A stretch of 64,000 nucleotides of DNA, from the NCBI GenBank assembly GCA_050575255.1, contig JBNZDD010013373.1, forward strand, positions 210,662 to 274,661, given 5' to 3'. How positions within the stretch are numbered: the first letter of the stretch is position 1; every line of letters begins with the position of its first letter. Positions 57,301 to 64,000 of this stretch are shown here, piece after piece. The notes under the pieces are model-generated. The model searched no databases. It saw only the letters and a program-made list of their open reading frames with translations, and had not been told where the DNA came from. The stretch is from Harriotta raleighana. Taxonomy: Eukaryota. The position numbers and the translations under genes were made by a program.

Positions 57301-59166
57301 CGAAAACTTTGGCACCACAGTGTAAGCCTGAAAAATGGCCATTGATTGTGCCTGTGTGTTTTGTCCGGATACTGCTGTTGTTTCTCCCATTACAGACTGG
57401 CCTGCCAGTCATGGTTGCTCTTACCAGAGTTATTTGCGAGATGTTTTATAAAGGGATAATGCCTTGGATGATGTTTGAATAACTAAAGATTTCCTTAAGG
57501 CAGGATGTGAGTTTTGAAGATCTACCTTTTTTAAAAATCAATCTTCCTTCCCTGTTTTGATGGCTTATGGTTCTGTGGGTGCTGGGCAACCACAATTCGT
57601 CAATAATATGTGAGCTACAGTGGGTGCTGCATTTTTTTTAAACCTCAACAAGGAATGTGGATGATTAGCACATTCATTCAAGCATCTATTCTACTCATCC
57701 AAATTTGATTGGTGTGTGAAGCATATGTGCAGATAGCCAAAATATGGTATTTTAAGCATTCTAATATCCAAATCCAGTGTGAAACATACTCTTCACATTT
57801 CTGATAGAAAGATGACCCACATTGCTGTGTTTTGTGAAACGTTTATTGTGTCTCTTCTATTCTACAGACTTTGAGGCGGCAAAGTGCCTTGGCCTTGTCC
57901 TTGTTTAACAGTATTCTCATCCACGGAGATTTGCGGAATAATAAACTCAACCAATTAGCGATCAACCTGTGGATTCTTGCCCAAAAACATGGCTTTGCTG
58001 ACACGAAAATCATGGTAAGGACAAAAGTTAGTTATTTAGTACAATACGCAATTAAATTTAGACAGTGCCTTTCACGTCGAGAGGACGTCCCAAGTTGCTG
58101 GACATTCAGGGATTTGGTTCCGAGCTGGGGTTGGGGATCAGGGAGGGTGGAGGCTGGGAAGGTGGCTGAAAGCTCAGTCGAAGAGGAGGTCAAAGATTCA
58201 TTACTGTCGTAATTTCACCCAAAACACATTTGCTTTGTTTTGGAAGTGGTAGGTCAGAACTGAGCAAGCTAATATCCTGTTGCGTAAATTAAAATGACGT
58301 GTTTTTAAAACTCTGCAGAGATTCTTGCAATTAACTGGTATCAAAGTAGACTTTTGTTTTGCGAAGGGACATTAATGAAACATGATGTCGAAAGTGACTT
58401 CAAATTAAGGTCTGTACGCAAACCACAATCGCTGTCAGTTTACCTAATTAGTTGAGAGAATTAAAAAGGGAAACTGGGACATAGAATTAAAATAGCAATT
58501 GATTTTATTATAATAACAATCCTTGCATTTGATATAATACTTTCTTGACAGGAGCTCAAAGCACTTCACAGACTTTATTGTACAGTGCAGTGACTCTTTA
58601 TTTCATTAGTGAACATAGCAGCCAATTTTGCACACAGCAGTACTCTACAAACAGCGAGAAAACAAATCACTGATTTTTATCTGGAGCATTCGTGGCCATG
58701 ACGCTGTTTGAAAATCTCTTTTCACGTGGGGTCGTGGGAACTATAATATCCACCTGAGCCCAAGCAGACAGCGGCTCGGTTTAACATCTCATCCAAAGGT
58801 CAATATTGTATTCACTGTAAAAGAGAATGATTTGAGTGATATCTATTTGCTCAACAACAAATCTCTATACTATAAACGCAAGTTATAAAAAGGTCTTAGT
58901 CCTGTATCCCACTGATGGCTGTTAGCTGCCAGGGGTACCTTTGCAGCGGAGCTGTGTTAACCTACTTTATCCATATTTAACTCCCAAATGAAAAACTATA
59001 TTTAGAAAATATTCGACTGCTCGCTCTCCTCCTGATCATTGGTTTTTTTCCCCCCCCTAAAAAATAGGTGAGAACATTGGAACACATCAAACGTCAAAAT
59101 AAACAGCCAGGCATGGGCCACTTTGCAGAGCTGGCATTGAGACTCCCATTGCAATCGCGAACATAA
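16055..59166 (+). CDS. VPS35L: VPS35 endosomal protein-sorting factor-like (Retriever/Commander subunit, C16orf62), whole gene, 31 coding exons, ~976 aa
   Basis: Exons join in phase to 2931 nt. Peptides such as [59 protein letters not shown] and [12 protein letters not shown] match human VPS35L. Confidence 0.97.
16284..16702. other. Probable assembly redundancy duplicating the VPS35L promoter and exon 1
   Basis: Copies begin exactly after N16283 and N16356; near-identical to 15936-16282. Confidence 0.8.
16964..17075 (+). mobile_element. SINE family A 3' fragment
   Basis: Shared tail motif. Confidence 0.7.
17516..17615 (+). CDS. VPS35L: VPS35L exon 2
   Basis: [33 protein letters not shown]. 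Confidence 0.93.
18110..18240 (+). mobile_element. SINE family A 3' fragment
   Basis: Deu core plus (ATT)n tail. Confidence 0.8.
18347..18541 (+). CDS. VPS35L: VPS35L exon 3
   Basis: [32 protein letters not shown]... Confidence 0.92.
19113..19235 (+). CDS. VPS35L: VPS35L exon 4
   Basis: GSDFEPW...[13 protein letters not shown]. Confidence 0.93.
19480..20090 (+). mobile_element. L2-clade LINE 3' end with ORF2 C-terminal remnant
   Basis: [20 protein letters not shown]...[19 protein letters not shown], typical of L2 ORF2; (TTG)n tail. Confidence 0.9.
20275..20299 (+). CDS. VPS35L: VPS35L exon 5 (25-nt microexon)
   Basis: NLFMGSEK; strong pyrimidine tract. Confidence 0.92.
20427..20503 (+). 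CDS. VPS35L: VPS35L exon 6
   Basis: [26 protein letters not shown]. Confidence 0.92.
21740..21868 (+). CDS. VPS35L: VPS35L exon 7
   Basis: [14 protein letters not shown]...[12 protein letters not shown]. Confidence 0.94.
22218..22302 (+). CDS. VPS35L: VPS35L exon 8
   Basis: [28 protein letters not shown]. Confidence 0.94.
22360..22767. mobile_element. Tigger/pogo-type non-autonomous DNA transposon
   Basis: TA|CAGGTGGACCCCGCTAAT ... ATTAAGCGGGGTCTATCTG|TA. Confidence 0.8.
23216..23408. mobile_element. Palindromic Penelope-derived insertion with degenerate hammerhead core
   Basis: Perfect 55-bp inverted repeat 23262-23316 / 23350-23404; 14-bp TSD ATGATTCTTGGGTG; homologous to 44200-44300. 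Confidence 0.8.
24404..24475 (+). CDS. VPS35L: VPS35L exon 9
   Basis: [24 protein letters not shown]. Confidence 0.9.
24712..25353. mobile_element. Tigger-like MITE (CAGTAAAA TIR family)
   Basis: TA|CAGTAAAAGCC...GGCTTTTACTA|TA; inverted homolog at 40129-40551. Confidence 0.75.
25500..25632 (+). mobile_element. SINE family A 3' fragment next to the exon 10 acceptor
   Basis: Deu core plus tail. Confidence 0.8.
25647..25743 (+). CDS. VPS35L: VPS35L exon 10
   Basis: [31 protein letters not shown]. Confidence 0.93.
25744..25894 (+). other. VPS35L: U12-type (minor spliceosome) GT-AG intron
   Basis: 5' site GTATCCT; branch GCCTTAAT 25876-25883, about 11 nt from the intron end. Confidence 0.8.
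25895..25942 (+). CDS. VPS35L: VPS35L exon 11
   Basis: [15 protein letters not shown]. Confidence 0.92.
25950..26400 (+). mobile_element. L2-clade LINE 3' end
   Basis: [19 protein letters not shown]...[10 protein letters not shown]; (TTG)n tail. Confidence 0.88.
26699..26792 (+). CDS. VPS35L: VPS35L exon 12
   Basis: [31 protein letters not shown]. Confidence 0.93.
26927..27004 (+). CDS. VPS35L: VPS35L exon 13
   Basis: [26 protein letters not shown]. Confidence 0.94.
27598..27720 (+). CDS. VPS35L: VPS35L exon 14
   Basis: [10 protein letters not shown]...[13 protein letters not shown]. Confidence 0.94.
28442..28488 (+). CDS. VPS35L: VPS35L exon 15
   Basis: [15 protein letters not shown]. 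Confidence 0.94.
28597..28708 (+). CDS. VPS35L: VPS35L exon 16
   Basis: [37 protein letters not shown]. Confidence 0.94.
28947..29063 (+). CDS. VPS35L: VPS35L exon 17
   Basis: [39 protein letters not shown]. Confidence 0.94.
30440..30493 (+). CDS. VPS35L: VPS35L exon 18
   Basis: [18 protein letters not shown]. Confidence 0.94.
30763..30864 (-). mobile_element. SINE family A fragment with 10-bp flanking direct repeat GAAACTTTAA
   Basis: Direct repeats at 30753-30762 and 30865-30874. Confidence 0.8.
30884..30964 (+). CDS. VPS35L: VPS35L exon 19
   Basis: [27 protein letters not shown]. Confidence 0.94.
31010..31350 (-). mobile_element. Old DeuSINE-like remnant
   Basis: TTGGCCAGGACACC..GAGAAACTCCC...TTAACATCCACC...CCTCAGTTTAA, reverse of a SacSINE1-like body. 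Confidence 0.6.
31848..31910 (+). CDS. VPS35L: VPS35L exon 20
   Basis: [21 protein letters not shown]. Confidence 0.92.
32508..32593 (+). CDS. VPS35L: VPS35L exon 21
   Basis: [28 protein letters not shown]. Confidence 0.94.
33452..33532 (+). CDS. VPS35L: VPS35L exon 22
   Basis: [26 protein letters not shown]. Confidence 0.94.
33845..33908 (+). CDS. VPS35L: VPS35L exon 23 (redundant copy at 33951-34014 after N33921)
   Basis: [21 protein letters not shown]. Confidence 0.9.
34591..34689 (+). CDS. VPS35L: VPS35L exon 24
   Basis: [33 protein letters not shown]. Confidence 0.94.
34817..35095 (+). mobile_element. Deu-domain SINE family B
   Basis: CCCACTTCCATGACTGTTTGTGGGAC...GCCTTGGGACGTCCTCC..GTGAAAGGCACTATA. 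Confidence 0.8.
36470..36950 (-). mobile_element. CR1 LINE 3' end (ORF2 C-terminus)
   Basis: [41 protein letters not shown], typical of CR1. Confidence 0.88.
37020..37470 (-). mobile_element. Old DeuSINE-like remnant interrupted by a younger family A SINE (~37163-37330)
   Basis: GAGCCAGGAGACCGGGAG..CCTCTTTTCAGATAGTG lies left of the SINE and TTTAAAGTTTCATCTGAAGGA..CACCTCTGACAATGTAGCA lies right of it. Confidence 0.6.
37776..37853 (+). CDS. VPS35L: VPS35L exon 25
   Basis: [26 protein letters not shown]. Confidence 0.94.
38956..39070 (+). CDS. VPS35L: VPS35L exon 26
   Basis: [38 protein letters not shown]. Confidence 0.94.
39436..39550 (-). mobile_element. SINE family A fragment
   Basis: (AAT)n CCTTGCATTTG tail. 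Confidence 0.8.
40129..40551. mobile_element. Tigger-like MITE
   Basis: TAGTAAAACCCTGTTTATCCG ... CGGATAAACAAGGTTTTATTG. Confidence 0.75.
41376..41590 (-). mobile_element. SINE family A
   Basis: Shared body and tail. Confidence 0.8.
42260..42300. repeat. Poly-C tract, ~41 nt
   Basis: Directly visible. Confidence 0.9.
43413..43740 (+). mobile_element. tRNA-derived SINE family A, near full length
   Basis: B-box-like GAGTTCAATTCCC, Deu core, tail. Confidence 0.8.
44200..44630 (-). mobile_element. Penelope-like element 3' end
   Basis: The - strand encodes [18 protein letters not shown] (resembles a GIY-YIG C-terminal LGT..P.GLN motif), then a pyrimidine-rich 3' region and a hammerhead-like core; ~14-bp imperfect TSD. 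Confidence 0.75.
45439..45701. mobile_element. Tigger-like MITE, same family as 62084-62341 in opposite orientation
   Basis: CAGGTAGAGCTTGCTTCA ... TTAAGTGAGGACTAATTG|TA; internal homology. Confidence 0.75.
46702..47082. mobile_element. Tigger-like MITE
   Basis: TA|CAGTAAAACCCCGATTATCC ... GGATAAATGGGGTTTTACTG. Confidence 0.8.
47150..47720 (+). mobile_element. Internally deleted L2 LINE reverse-transcriptase fragment
   Basis: ISNLPFLSK...[10 protein letters not shown]...[17 protein letters not shown]; GGRAF...LWNS. Confidence 0.88.
48075..48470 (+). mobile_element. Deu-domain SINE family B with two tandem modules
   Basis: Module at ~48118-48190 is repeated at ~48265-48340, followed by an L2-type tail. 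Confidence 0.8.
50099..50238 (+). CDS. VPS35L: VPS35L exon 27
   Basis: [47 protein letters not shown]. Confidence 0.94.
50601..50922 (-). mobile_element. tRNA-derived SINE family A, full length
   Basis: The - strand reads AGCTCAGTGGTTAGAGCA (A box) and GTTCAAATCC (B box), then Deu core and (ATT)n tail. Confidence 0.85.
51787..52170 (-). mobile_element. L2 LINE 3' end
   Basis: Reverse homolog of 19730-20090. Confidence 0.85.
52782..52947 (+). CDS. VPS35L: VPS35L exon 28
   Basis: [25 protein letters not shown]...ENYLYHVDK. Confidence 0.94.
53506..53948. mobile_element. Tigger-like MITE
   Basis: TA|CAGTCAAAATCTGATAATCC ... GGATTAAAGGACTTTTACTG|TA. Confidence 0.75.
54850..55310 (-). mobile_element. 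Degraded L2 LINE ORF2 fragment
   Basis: Purine-rich pattern typical of the reverse strand of L2 ORF2 (GTTGAGCTG / GTCCAGGACTTGATG-like motifs). Confidence 0.55.
55792..56092 (+). mobile_element. tRNA-derived SINE family A, full length
   Basis: A box TCTCAGTGGTTAGAGC, B box GTTCGAATCC, Deu core, (ATT)n tail. Confidence 0.85.
56268..56386 (+). CDS. VPS35L: VPS35L exon 29
   Basis: [20 protein letters not shown]...[13 protein letters not shown]. Confidence 0.94.
57868..58014 (+). CDS. VPS35L: VPS35L exon 30
   Basis: [35 protein letters not shown]...DTKIM. Confidence 0.94.
58510..58800 (-). mobile_element. Old DeuSINE-like element
   Basis: Tail, GCAGCCAATTTTGCACACAGC core and CTCGGTTTAACATCTCATCC. 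Confidence 0.65.
59068..59166 (+). CDS. VPS35L: VPS35L exon 31 (last coding exon)
   Basis: [32 protein letters not shown]. Confidence 0.94.
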   Translation: MRTLEHIKRQNKQPGMGHFAELALRLPLQSRT

Positions 59167-60271
59167 CGCTGCCTCTTTCTCTCCACTTGTTGCAATGGTG
59201 AAACTGCTGACGAGCATCTCTCTCCAACGCAACAGCGAATCAGTTTGCTAAACTTACAAGAGCTTGAACTCTTCCTTTTTTTTTCTCTCAACCAGCATTA
59301 ATCTTTTGTTGCACACCAGAAAATGTACCTAAAAAGAAGAATCATGTACAGAAAATTGCTGTTCGAGTTATTTAAAGGAACTGCTGCTTTCATGGAAAGG
59401 TTTGGTAATTCCCTGCCGGAAGGAAAAGATCTACTTTTGCACACCTACTGAACCGTTTATTGTTAGTGTTTCACTAGCTTTACGTTGTCAATGATCCTTC
59501 GCCACCAAATATAATGCAAACCGAACCAAAGGAACCGGAAGGGAAGAAAATACATTGAAAAACACTGGACAAATGAAATAGCCATCATGTTTCTATTACA
59601 CCTGAAATTTCATCCAGTGATTTAGGTTAGATTCTTTCCTTGCTCTCATTGGTTCTGTATAATTCCAACCTTGGTATTTAAGGATCAACTCTTATCATGT
59701 GAATCTGTACAATCAAGAGGCAGAATTGGCTCTTTTTAAAAATTTGGTGCCAATCACTTGCTGTAGTTATTATTTAGCCAGGGAAGTGGGTAGCCTTTGT
59801 GCTCACCTCTCTACAACTACCATCAGTGCTCGCGTGTGATCGTCTTGAGAGAAAGCATCGAAGCCAGTTTTGTCTTAATAATGTGTCTCCATCGTATATG
59901 GAATTTTTTTCCTAAAGCTTCAGCTAAAAACTATCGTACCTCACCTTCAGCCAGATTGGTTTGATTGACGGAGGCGTCTCTAGGATTTGCGATTACTATT
60001 CAAACAGATAGTTCCTCAACTCTTGAAAGACTTCTTTCTTGCATCGCAGAGAGCTTATTTGGTTTAAAACTAATTTGAGGAAGGTGAAGTGCCGAGAACA
60101 TTTACATATAAGCAACTTACAATGTTTATTCATGAACGCATTAATAAAAGACAAATGGCAAATATGTTTTGTGGAATATTTGAATGTTGCACTCGGCAAA
60201 AATTACAGCGCTTTTGTTTTTCAGATTGTGAATCAGGTTCTAAAGTAGATTCTAAACTTATTGTTTTGATG

Positions 60272-60277
60272 AATAAA
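60272..60277 (+). terminator. Candidate VPS35L polyadenylation signal (another at 60143-60148)
   Basis: AATAAA followed by U-rich sequence. Confidence 0.5.
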
Positions 60278-61650
60278 GCTTCTACTTTCATTGTTTCTTT
60301 AATGCTCTACTTGAAGCAATACCAAATTTGTATCACATCTTGTATTTATAATGATGGCACATTAGTCTGCAGTTGGGTCAAACTTAGAGACAAATTCAAA
60401 GTGACATGTAATAGAAATATATTCCGAACTAGTTGCGAAATGACAAATTGAAAATCCATTTAAAATGCATTTGGCAATTTATGCGCCTCACTAATTTATA
60501 CACGTGACATAAACTGATGTTCAAGAATCTGAATTAGCCAATTTTTCCTTTTTTTTGGCTTAGATGGAAACCTATATACGTAAATGTAAGGATCATGTTT
60601 CATTATTAAGAGCATAATTTATATAGAGAAATTGGACAATGTGTGTTAGACTGACTCAACTAATAACACTTTTGCCTCGAGTCAGACATTTATGGGATCA
60701 AACTTCACATTAAGACTTATAACCGATGGTGTGTGCTGAGGACAATGCTTTGCTGGGGATGAGCTGCATTGTCGCAGGTGCTGTCCTTTAAGTGAGACAT
60801 TGCCAATTTGTTCAATCTTGCTGATTCATTGTAAAAAGCGAATTCTCCCAGAGTCCTGATGAGCAACCACTCACATCAAATTTGTTATTCGCTCAATAGC
60901 TGTTTTGAATCTCTTGCTCAGTAAATCTTAGCTTCCTGAATGCCTTAGTAAAAGTTTCAGATTGAGCTAAATCATGTTTAACTAATTTTTGAAAACCTGT
61001 TTTGATTTTTGCAGAGCACATTACTCCCTGTGCACAAACTGAGAATGAGGAAAACAATATTATGTTTGTAGTAATGACACAAAATTCACATCTGCAGATG
61101 TGGGAGAGCAGGAAGAAAGAAAACAAGTCAATTCCAACATTGTTGAAAGATGCAAAAATGCAATGTTTTATTAATAAGTTTTGTTCATTTCTCTTGTGAA
61201 TCCAAACTGAATTGTGGAATATAAATGTAGACTCTATACGATTTCACTGTAAGCTCTGGTCTAATTTTTTTTAAAAGTCAGAAAACAGTGTTATCCATTT
61301 GCTGATTCAAAAACAAAGGTGAAATACAAAATCCTGCAGGAAAAAATCTACATAAAACTGAGCCAACAAGCGTTTGGTCCATTCAACCACAACATACGCA
61401 GCTGTGTTCTACATGAAATGCAAAGCTCAGCTGTGCTTAATTTTCATATCTACCATGATTCCAGCTTCCAATAACAGCAGCCATTTTCTAGACCAAACTT
61501 GTCTTGTAGGTAACCACACAAATTCCCAAAAGAAAGAATTTATTATATTGAAGGAGCCTATTAATTCATAATGAAAATAGACTAAAAAATGACTATACAA
61601 TACTCTTTGTTTTGTATTCAACATACTTATCATTTTCACATTTGTCTCAA

Positions 61651-61965
61651 TTAAAACTTTGCTGATGTCGAGGCATATTTATCTATGAAAAATGTTTTGC
61701 TCTTTGTCTGCGGTTGCTGGGAATAGAAGCCCAGGCCAACGCCTCGGTTCTGCCTGAAGTTCAAGGCTTTCTCAAACTCGCTCTGTAAGTGGGTGTTAAG
61801 TTTCTGCTCGTCAGACTTGTTAAGGGACACGATGGGTTTTTCAGAACCCACTCCTGTCAATAAATGTTGATTTGACTTCTTGAATCCACCCATCAATCTC
61901 AAGAATTTATTTTGCTGTTCTGGGTTCTGAAACGTAGCTGTGTTCCATTGTCCAAACTGTATGCC
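61651..61965 (-). CDS. KNOP1: Lysine-rich nucleolar protein 1, last coding exon (SMAP domain); upstream exons not found in the window
   Basis: cag|GIQFGQWNTATFQNPEQQNKFLRLMGGFKK...RGVGLGF...FFIDKYASTSAKF*; lies convergent with VPS35L as in human. Confidence 0.88.
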   Translation of the reverse strand, partial: GIQFGQWNTATFQNPEQQNKFLRLMGGFKKSNQHLLTGVGSEKPIVSLNKSDEQKLNTHLQSEFEKALNFRQNRGVGLGFYSQQPQTKSKTFFIDKYASTSAKF

Positions 61966-62022
61966 CTGCAGCAGACAAATAAAAATAAGTTGATTACATG
62001 TGAAAAAAAATGCACATTGAAG

Positions 62023-62403
62023 TAATAATAATCCTTGTATTTGACATAGGGCCTTATCACGTCTTCAAAAGCGCTTCACAGTACACTTAGTCCTCACTTA
62101 ATGCTGCAGTTGTGTTCACGGAAAGTGTGACTTTAAGCAAAGCGACATTAAGGGAACCCGCGCAAGAGTACTGGACGTTCAGAGTCTATGTATGCCTATG
62201 CTACCCAAAGTAGTTAGTTTCCACCTGCACAAACAACAATAGAGAACGTTGCGACGTTAAATGGATATATGTTCCCCTATGTACCAGCAACATAATAATG
62301 GAATAACGTTGACAGAAGCAATGTTAAGCGAGATCTACCTGTATATACTGTAAAGCGAATTGCATATTTTGTGGGGGGAAACATGACAGCCAATTGTGCA
62401 CAC
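62023..62403 (-). mobile_element. Family A SINE interrupted by a Tigger-like MITE (62084-62341)
   Basis: The SINE resumes after TA|CACTTAGTCCTCACTTAA...TTAAGCGAGATCTACCTG|TA. Confidence 0.8.
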
Positions 62404-64000
62404 AAAGTATCTCCCTCAGGCTAGTGAATATATTCACTACCCTCTGAGTGAAGAAGTTTTTTCTCAACTCAGTGCGAAAGGAGTGACCCCTAACTTTAAG
62501 ACTGTGACCCTGGCTTTAGTTTCTCCAACCAGGGATCCTTTGGAGCCATAGTTTTCCAGACCACATAAATGACCCCAAAAGCTTACAAAAGACATGAATA
62601 TGGTTAATGCCACAGGATTTTTAACATCGACTTTTAAAGTCATCTTAAAATGTAGAACAGTGTGTTAACGAAACTAGCAGTATCACTCTTCTGCAGCTGC
62701 TCAGAATCTATATTATTAAAACGGATTTTTTTTTGCTCCTCTAGTGCATCAGAGTAAAACCATTTCCAAACAGCCTTTGTGTATCACCCCTACTCTACAT
62801 GTCCCTTCAATTGCAGGAAAAAACACAACTGAGCCTGCAAATCATTTTAGGTGATGTGAAGCATGGTTTCTGATCACCTGTGAGTTCTCCCAATGTGCTG
62901 TACAATGGTCTGACACTCGGGAGTGAAGGGCCCTATATAAATGCAAGTTTTTGGTGTTGTATTCACTCATTTTTAACTTCGAGCCATATCCCCGAGACAG
63001 GGCTGCAGTGAAACGCTGGCGAAAGAAAAATCACACAAGGTAATAATGATAAAAATGCCATTTTCAGTGATAAGAGTGCTTTCAGCAAACAATTTGTTCT
63101 TCACGCTGTATTTTTCAGAAAAAGTAGTTGCAAACTAATTGTGTTCAGTCTGATAAAAGATGATATGTCATAGGCCAAGGCCAGTGAAATATGATCGATA
63201 TCAACCACCGAGTAGGGTTATTTATTGTCTGCTGCTAGGCAAATGCTTTACATCAATGTCCTTAAAACTAAACATCCAAATAGGGACACTTCTAAACATT
63301 CCAAACACATTTCGCATATTCGGATGCAATTTAAGTCAAATTTTCCAGCCAGATGCAGGCAGCTAGTCTGAGCTGATGATGTTTACTCTCCACTCCTAAT
63401 TCCTTTCGACTCCATGTGTACATCGTTTTTGTGCTACAAACATGTTAATGACATGGGGCTGTGAGGAATGCTCGCTCCACTGAATGGCTCACTCTCTCTT
63501 GAGTTATGCAGCCTGGAGGGAAGTGAACAGTTGAATATTTTTTGTATTTCAGGTATCTGGAGGGCAGCTCCGGTGTCACATTTTCCGTTGCTGACAGCAT
63601 ATCCTCTGCACATTTAATATTAATTGAAGCTTATGTGACAGATTTCAAATCGGATCCGTCCGTGGCCACTTTGTATGTGAGTCCCTCTTCAAACGCTGAA
63701 AGGCCCGAGCATAATGATAACATTTCAATCTATCAATGTAAATGTGTCAAAATGGCGGAACCATCACAGTTGCGTCATCAACATAAACCATGCTGCGAAT
63801 GTTAATTTGAATGCAATGCAACGCCTTGCATAGTAACCCTGCCGCCCACCTCCCACTGCCTTTACATAAACAAACAAAAGCAAACATTGAATTTAAAACT
63901 GAACTTATAACTTAAAATAATGCTTTCCACACAAAGAAAACATTTGTCACAAATATCCAAAGCATTACCTTTTTTTTTAATAAAAAAAAGAACATTTATA

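Overview
Vertebrate genomic DNA, not microbial. The repeat content (Deu-domain SINEs, L2, CR1, Penelope-like elements) suggests a cartilaginous fish such as elephant shark; that is an inference. Three genes appear in the same order as on human 16p12. CCP110 is on the + strand: CpG-rich promoter near 1.1 kb, 13 constitutive coding exons plus one cassette exon, CDS 2682-14394. VPS35L/C16orf62 is on the + strand: 31 coding exons, 16055-59166, about 976 aa, with one U12-type intron. The last coding exon of KNOP1 is on the - strand at 61651-61965. Exon phases were checked by hand and join into continuous frames. Introns are rich in SINEs, L2/CR1 fragments and TA-flanked MITEs. Several short duplications next to single N bases look like assembly overlaps. 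Best leads: (1) a 193-bp palindromic Penelope-derived insertion with a perfect 55-bp stem, a degenerate hammerhead-ribozyme core and a 14-bp target-site duplication, plus a related Penelope 3' end; (2) a CCP110 last exon read in two frames, switched by an 80-nt cassette exon; (3) a candidate recursive AG|GT splice site in VPS35L; (4) a SINE inserted between a likely branch point and its acceptor. Homology calls rely on recalled human protein sequences, not database searches. Repeat boundaries are approximate.
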